Shown here: piece after piece, positions 59,559 through 64,000 of the stretch
How the letters are laid out: each line of letters opens with the position of its first letter
Position numbering within the stretch: position 1 is the stretch's first letter
NCBI GenBank assembly: GCA_038727135.1
Contig: JAVYWL010000002.1
Span: 1 to 64,000, forward strand
Length of the DNA stretch: 64,000 bases
Reading direction: 5' to 3'
Source: Candidatus Bathyarchaeia archaeon
Lineage (GTDB): Archaea > Thermoproteota > Bathyarchaeia > Bathyarchaeales > Bathycorpusculaceae
Made by a program: the position numbers and the translations under genes
The notes under the pieces: model-generated
The model's database searches: none
What the model was told of the DNA's origin: nothing
Seen by the model: the letters and a program-made list of their open reading frames with translations, nothing else

Positions 59559-60464
59559 CTAGCGATTTGAATATAAGCTTTGGATGATCGCATCACGCAT
59601 CTCCTTAAAATTCCAATCAGAAACTCCATCTAAGAAGTCGCATCCATGAATTCTCCATTCATTTGGGTCGAGCTCAAACTTTCGAACAGAACATCGCTGT
59701 CGGGCGTTAAGCATAGCGTTTATCAATTCATTTAATTCCATTTTGATTTTGTCTTTGCCTTTAAAATCAAGCCAAGGTTTTATGCCGTTAGTAGAAATTT
59801 CTATAAATGTGACTGGCAAAAAATCCTCAATTTTCCTTACACTAGAAATGCGAACGTAAGATAATTTTTCTTGGCATGACTTTAAGCATTCTTTAAGTAT
59901 TGCAATTCTAACTAGAGAACCGAAATCCGTTACTAAGTCACGAAGCTGACCTAGTTGCAAAATCATATTCGAATGAAATTTAGTGCAAGAGTTTTGATTT
60001 ATGTATTGCTCGTATCCTGTTGGAAAATCGTCGTAGCGCGGAATAAATATGAAGGTTATCGAAACCTTTGGAAGGTATCGTAAGTATATGGCAATTAAAA
60101 AAGATAATAGCATTAAGACCAAAGCCAGAAGCATTAACTGTAAATTATTTAAGATTATTGGGACGCCAAAACCTAGATTTACAGCCAAGTTTCCTAACAC
60201 TCCTACCCAAGCAGCGAAAATCCAACCCATTACAGCCTTTTGTTTCTCAGAGAATAACTCTACAAATCTATTAATATCCGCAAGCTCCCTTCGGTAAAAT
60301 TCCATGATTGTTTCTGTTTCTTTACTTAAATCAAGTTTTTGATCATGCTGTTTGAGGATTCCAGAAGGTAAATAGGGCCATGTGTTAATCTGTAAAACAT
60401 CATTCGCCACAAATTCTTGCCAAGTTAACTGTTTTAATGGTTTTCCCATCATGTATAACTTCAT
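59559..60464 (-). CDS. Hypothetical 2-TM protein on AT-rich DNA
   Basis: 301-aa ORF, two TMs, no motif recognised. Confidence 0.6.
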   Translation of the reverse strand: MKLYMMGKPLKQLTWQEFVANDVLQINTWPYLPSGILKQHDQKLDLSKETETIMEFYRRELADINRFVELFSEKQKAVMGWIFAAWVGVLGNLAVNLGFGVPIILNNLQLMLLALVLMLLSFLIAIYLRYLPKVSITFIFIPRYDDFPTGYEQYINQNSCTKFHSNMILQLGQLRDLVTDFGSLVRIAILKECLKSCQEKLSYVRISSVRKIEDFLPVTFIEISTNGIKPWLDFKGKDKIKMELNELINAMLNARQRCSVRKFELDPNEWRIHGCDFLDGVSDWNFKEMRDAIIQSLYSNR

Positions 60465-60562
60465 ATTGAGTAGAAATCAATCTTGGCATAAAAACTTAAT
60501 CTTCACAAATGAGAGTTCCTAAAGGCGGCTAAAATGAAAAATAAGGAAATAAGTTGCTAAAT

Positions 60563-61798
60563 TCAGCCTTCCCAGTCTAAGAGTCTTTTTTCGCCTTCGA
60601 TCTTCTTTATGTCTGTTATGTCTTGGGAAACTTCCATTGTTCCCAAATATTTGCCGTCCTTGTCTCTAACCGCGAAGTATCTTATGTGGATTAGGCGGTC
60701 TCCCATTTGAATCCAGAATTCAGCCACATCTCTTTCGCCTTTCTTGAAGGCTTCTAGGATTCTGTTGACCACGTGGACGCTTTTCTGAGGGTGGCAAAGC
60801 TGAACCTTTCTGCCCAAAATAGCCTTCGTCCTCACGAATATGCGTTTATCCGCCTTGCTAAAGTATTTGACGGCGTCATCCTTATCCACGAAGGTTATGT
60901 CCACTGGCAGCGTGTTCAAAATAGCCTCAATCTCCTCTTTCGTTAAAGAGCCTGTTTCAAATTGTATTGTGCCTTCTGGCATAGGTTTCTCCTCGGCTGC
61001 TGGTTTTTCAAGAGTTTTGGCTGGTTTGGCTATTAAGTGTTCCGGGGTGAAGCAGCAATATCCAATTTCGTCAAAATCCGCCCTTATAGTGGACCATTCT
61101 TGCTCTGTGACAACGCGCTGGGCTGCCGGAAACAGAATGTTGTTCTCCTTGTAAATGTGGCTGTTAAGCATATCGCCCACGGCCTTTGCTAGTTCGCTAA
61201 GCTGCCTCTTAAAATCTGAAAAGTTCATTTTTGCGGCGTTCTCGATTAAGGCTTTGAGCTGCTGCTTCTTTTCCCTAACCTGGTTGTGCTCCATCCACAT
61301 TATTGCAGGGGGCTCACTTATACCATGTCTTTCCAAGACTGGGAATAGCGCGTTTTCCTCCCTCAAATAGTGCTTTTCAGCGTCTAAAAGCTCATCCGCC
61401 ACATGCCTCAGCTGTGACAGTTCTCCAGCCACCGCATCTGGGCTTTCGGCTTTTTGCACTTTTTCAACCAAGACGTTAAGCTTCTCGGCTATTTGCTGAA
61501 TCATTTTATGCTCTTCTAAAAGTATGCCAATGGGACTGGTTGGGGCAACCTCAACCTTCTGTTTTTCTAACTGCTCCCTAAAAATCGCCAAGTGAACATC
61601 GCAAAGTCTCTGAAGCTCCTCTCTTGATACACCTTCGCTTACGAGTTCCTGTTCAATTTTAGCTATTTCAAGCGAGCTCACGCCCTCAAGAAACTGTCTA
61701 AAACGCTCCTTAACCTGTTCGGGTGGGGCGCCAGCATGCAACTGCCTTAAAATTTCTTTTAAAACCTTCTTCCGCTCTTCTTCTGTCACTCCACCCAT
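60563..61798 (-). CDS. DUF438 + hemerythrin + PAS domain protein
   Basis: LCDVH, EEH, HYLREEN.LFP, MWMEH, HIYKENNILFP, PVDITFVD, CHP.KS. Confidence 0.88.
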   Translation of the reverse strand: MGGVTEEERKKVLKEILRQLHAGAPPEQVKERFRQFLEGVSSLEIAKIEQELVSEGVSREELQRLCDVHLAIFREQLEKQKVEVAPTSPIGILLEEHKMIQQIAEKLNVLVEKVQKAESPDAVAGELSQLRHVADELLDAEKHYLREENALFPVLERHGISEPPAIMWMEHNQVREKKQQLKALIENAAKMNFSDFKRQLSELAKAVGDMLNSHIYKENNILFPAAQRVVTEQEWSTIRADFDEIGYCCFTPEHLIAKPAKTLEKPAAEEKPMPEGTIQFETGSLTKEEIEAILNTLPVDITFVDKDDAVKYFSKADKRIFVRTKAILGRKVQLCHPQKSVHVVNRILEAFKKGERDVAEFWIQMGDRLIHIRYFAVRDKDGKYLGTMEVSQDITDIKKIEGEKRLLDWEG

Positions 61799-61799
61799 T

Positions 61800-62990
61800 T
61801 TAGGTGCCTCCTTCTAAAATTTTCTTGGCTAATGCTTTCCCAAGCTCCACTATGCGCTTCATGCTCTCGTCTGTTGGCGGTCCATTAATTTCTAGCGCAC
61901 CGATAACCTCGATTTTAAAGTCGCCAAGTATTTCTTGAATTTGTCGTATTGCGCCTCCACCCCAACCATAAGAGCTTAAGACAACAGCGAATTTTGTTGG
62001 TGGACGCAAAGCCTTGAAAAGGTATGTGGCATAAACAGCCAATGGATGGGCTCCGCCCAAAACTGTTGGTGCACCAAGCACTATGGCTCTTGAATCCACA
62101 AGGTCTTTGGCTAAATCGCCAACATCAGTCACTGCTAAGTTGTGGAAGGCTAATTCGATGCCTTCCGATGCTAGTGTTTCAGCCATCTGCTTAACCATGG
62201 CATCTGTGCTGCTCCACATACTTACATAGGCTATTGTCGCCTTCGCTCGCGTTTCGCCAACCGCCCAACGCCTATAAGCGTTTAAAATAAGCTCTGGCTT
62301 TCTATGGATGGGACCATGGCTAGGCGCTATCATTCTAATTTTTAGGTTGGCGATTTTTTCTAGGGCTTTCTGTGCCATAGCCCTGAAAGGCATCATTATC
62401 TCGCCCCAATAACGCTGGGCGTGGACAAGCAAGTCCTCAATTTCGTCACTGTAGACGCCTCCAGCCATGTGGGCGCCGAAAAAGTCACATGGGAAAAGTA
62501 TTCCATCTTCTTCCAAGTATGTGAACGTTGTTTCTGGCCAATGGAGCATAGGCGCCTCAATAAAGCGCAGGTTTTTGTCGCCTAGACTTATGGCCTCATT
62601 GTCAGCTACAACCTTAATTCGCTCTTGTGGAACGTGATAATAAACTTGAGCCATTTTTGCGCCTCTGCCAGTAGCCACTAGTTTAGCTTTCGATGCGATT
62701 TTCATTATGTGGGGTATGGCGCCAGCGTGGTCTGGCTCCGCATGATTCATGACAACGTAATCAATTTCTTCTGGTTTTGCCATGTTGCGGATTTTATCTT
62801 CCAAATCTTTTTCGAAGCCCGGATTTACAGTGTCTATTAAGGCTTTCCCATCGCTGCCAATGATGAGGTAAGCGTTATAGGATGTGCCTTTTGGAAGCGG
62901 GATTAGGGCGTCGAAAATTCTGCGGTTCCAATCTCTTACGCCTACCCAGTAAACGTTTTCCGCTATTTTCAGAACGTTTCTTTCAGTCAC
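61800..62990 (-). CDS. fprA: Flavodiiron protein (FprA, O2/NO reductase)
   Basis: GTSYNAY, NHAEPDH, LHWPE, CDFFG, PSHG, flavodoxin SMWSST and SYGWGG. Confidence 0.94.
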   Translation of the reverse strand: MTERNVLKIAENVYWVGVRDWNRRIFDALIPLPKGTSYNAYLIIGSDGKALIDTVNPGFEKDLEDKIRNMAKPEEIDYVVMNHAEPDHAGAIPHIMKIASKAKLVATGRGAKMAQVYYHVPQERIKVVADNEAISLGDKNLRFIEAPMLHWPETTFTYLEEDGILFPCDFFGAHMAGGVYSDEIEDLLVHAQRYWGEIMMPFRAMAQKALEKIANLKIRMIAPSHGPIHRKPELILNAYRRWAVGETRAKATIAYVSMWSSTDAMVKQMAETLASEGIELAFHNLAVTDVGDLAKDLVDSRAIVLGAPTVLGGAHPLAVYATYLFKALRPPTKFAVVLSSYGWGGGAIRQIQEILGDFKIEVIGALEINGPPTDESMKRIVELGKALAKKILEGGT

Positions 62991-63000
62991 ACGCGTTCAC

Positions 63001-63022
63001 CTTTATTACAATTGTAATAAAG
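63001..63022. promoter_or_regulatory. Perfect 22-bp palindromic operator between fprA and the divergent regulator
   Basis: CTTTATTACAATTGTAATAAAG is its own reverse complement. Confidence 0.75.
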
Positions 63023-63066
63023 TATATTTATGCCTTTCCCCACAATATAACAAGGAGGAATGAAAA

Positions 63067-63474
63067 ATGCTACTGCCATGCGAGGTCGCCGTGAAAAGCC
63101 TACTCCCACCAGTAAGGGCAGCACTAGCCAAACAACTAATGACAAAACACAACCTAAAACAGATGGAGACAGCAAAACTGCTGGGCGTAAGCCAACCTGC
63201 CATAAGCCTTTACAACAAGAAAATGCGGGGAAAAGCCCTAGACCTGGAAAAAGACAAAGAAATTAAAAGGCTAATTGATGAGTTGGCGGATTCCCTGGCA
63301 AAGGAGGGCTTATCTCACAAGGATTTTACACTAAAGTTTTGTGAAATCTGCAAAGTCGCTCGTGCAAAAGGTTTGTTGTGCAATATGCATAAGGCTTTAG
63401 ATCCAACATTTGAAACTGAAAAATGTGGATTATGCATGTCTACAGAACTAAAATGTCTAACTCAAAACCCTTAA
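63067..63474 (+). CDS. Cys-rich HTH transcriptional regulator
   Basis: PCE..LPPVRA, Q.ETAKLLGVSQPAISLY..RG HTH, C-terminal CEIC..C..H..CGLC. Confidence 0.85.
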   Translation: MLLPCEVAVKSLLPPVRAALAKQLMTKHNLKQMETAKLLGVSQPAISLYNKKMRGKALDLEKDKEIKRLIDELADSLAKEGLSHKDFTLKFCEICKVARAKGLLCNMHKALDPTFETEKCGLCMSTELKCLTQNP

Positions 63475-63491
63475 ATACTAAAGGGCATAAA

Positions 63492-63866
63492 ATGCAGACA
63501 AGTCATGGAAATGACAGTAAAAGAAGCGCTCAAGAATTTTTCAAGCTTTACTTAACTGCTTTAGCCACTACCTTGATACTCTTAACCTCCGGAGCGCTGA
63601 TCTACACCACCATAATGAATAAACCCTTCCTGGAAACTATTCGTGGAGCCTTGATTATCGGGGCGCTTGTTCTGCTCGGCATGGGCTTTGTGAGTTTGCT
63701 TCCATTTTTCGGAATATAGGTACATAAGAGGAGGCGCTTTAAACCCTGTCATCGCTAGGGAAGGAATGAGGCATATAAGGCTGGAAGAGACCCCAAAAGG
63801 ATGGGAATAATACTGGGATTTGTTGGCTTCACCCTTCTCCTAATATACTTCATCGTCTTTCAGTAA
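63492..63866 (+). pseudogene. Small 3-TM membrane protein gene interrupted by two compensating indels (or a 75-aa 2-TM CDS ending at 63719)
   Basis: Frame stops at TAG 63719; the same frame later encodes a third TM (MGIILGFVGFTLLLIYFIVF, stop 63866); the +1 frame bridges the gap without a stop. Confidence 0.45.
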
Positions 63867-63872
63867 AATCGC

Positions 63873-64000
63873 TTATTCTGCTAGGAACTTTATTATTTTC
63901 TCGTAGACATCCTTGTCCCTTAAGTCTTCATGCCCCTTGTATATGCTTGGGTTGTCATTAACCTCAACAACTACATAGTCGCCGTTAACCTCCTTGATGT
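63873..64000 (-). CDS. ATP-grasp ligase, RimK family (C-terminal fragment, runs off the window)
   Basis: Hand translation IKEVNGDYVVVEVNDNPSIY...KFLAE*; EVNxxP ATP-grasp motif. Confidence 0.75.
   Translation of the reverse strand, partial: IKEVNGDYVVVEVNDNPSIYKGHEDLRDKDVYEKIIKFLAE

Overview
Archaeal chromosomal window. The 16S signature, gene repertoire and integrase style fit Bathyarchaeia (TACK), but that assignment is inferred, not computed. Layout: (1) 3' half of a 16S rRNA gene with no 23S behind it. (2) Housekeeping genes (rqcH, radA, class I fumarase, ard1, larA-family, pyrE, tbp, signal peptidase, CoA and flavin synthesis, dph5) interrupted by small AT-rich inserts and a decayed integrase/MFS scar. 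(3) Two zinc-ribbon Cren7-like genes and one possible Alba-fold gene. (4) A 9-gene type IV pilus locus whose two predicted promoters share one palindromic operator. (5) A ~25 kb catabolic block between an intron-containing tRNA-Lys(CUU) and tRNA-His(GUG). It holds four pyrrolysine-free MttB-family methyltransferases, two corrinoid proteins, an MtrH/MtgA-like methyltransferase, a BKACE cleavage enzyme with a class III aminotransferase, further PLP enzymes, a ureohydrolase, APC and ABC transporters, and an uncharacterised nucleotidyltransferase + metallophosphoesterase pair. (6) A redox-stress cluster (PDO, DUF166, ArsC-like, hemerythrin-PAS, FprA, Cys-rich HTH regulator with a perfect 22-bp operator). 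Best candidates for undescribed biology: the methylated-amine/amino-acid block and its NTase/phosphoesterase/permease module, the PIP-box protein behind radA, the chromatin-protein trio and the pilus operator. All protein calls come from motif recognition by eye; no database searches were run.
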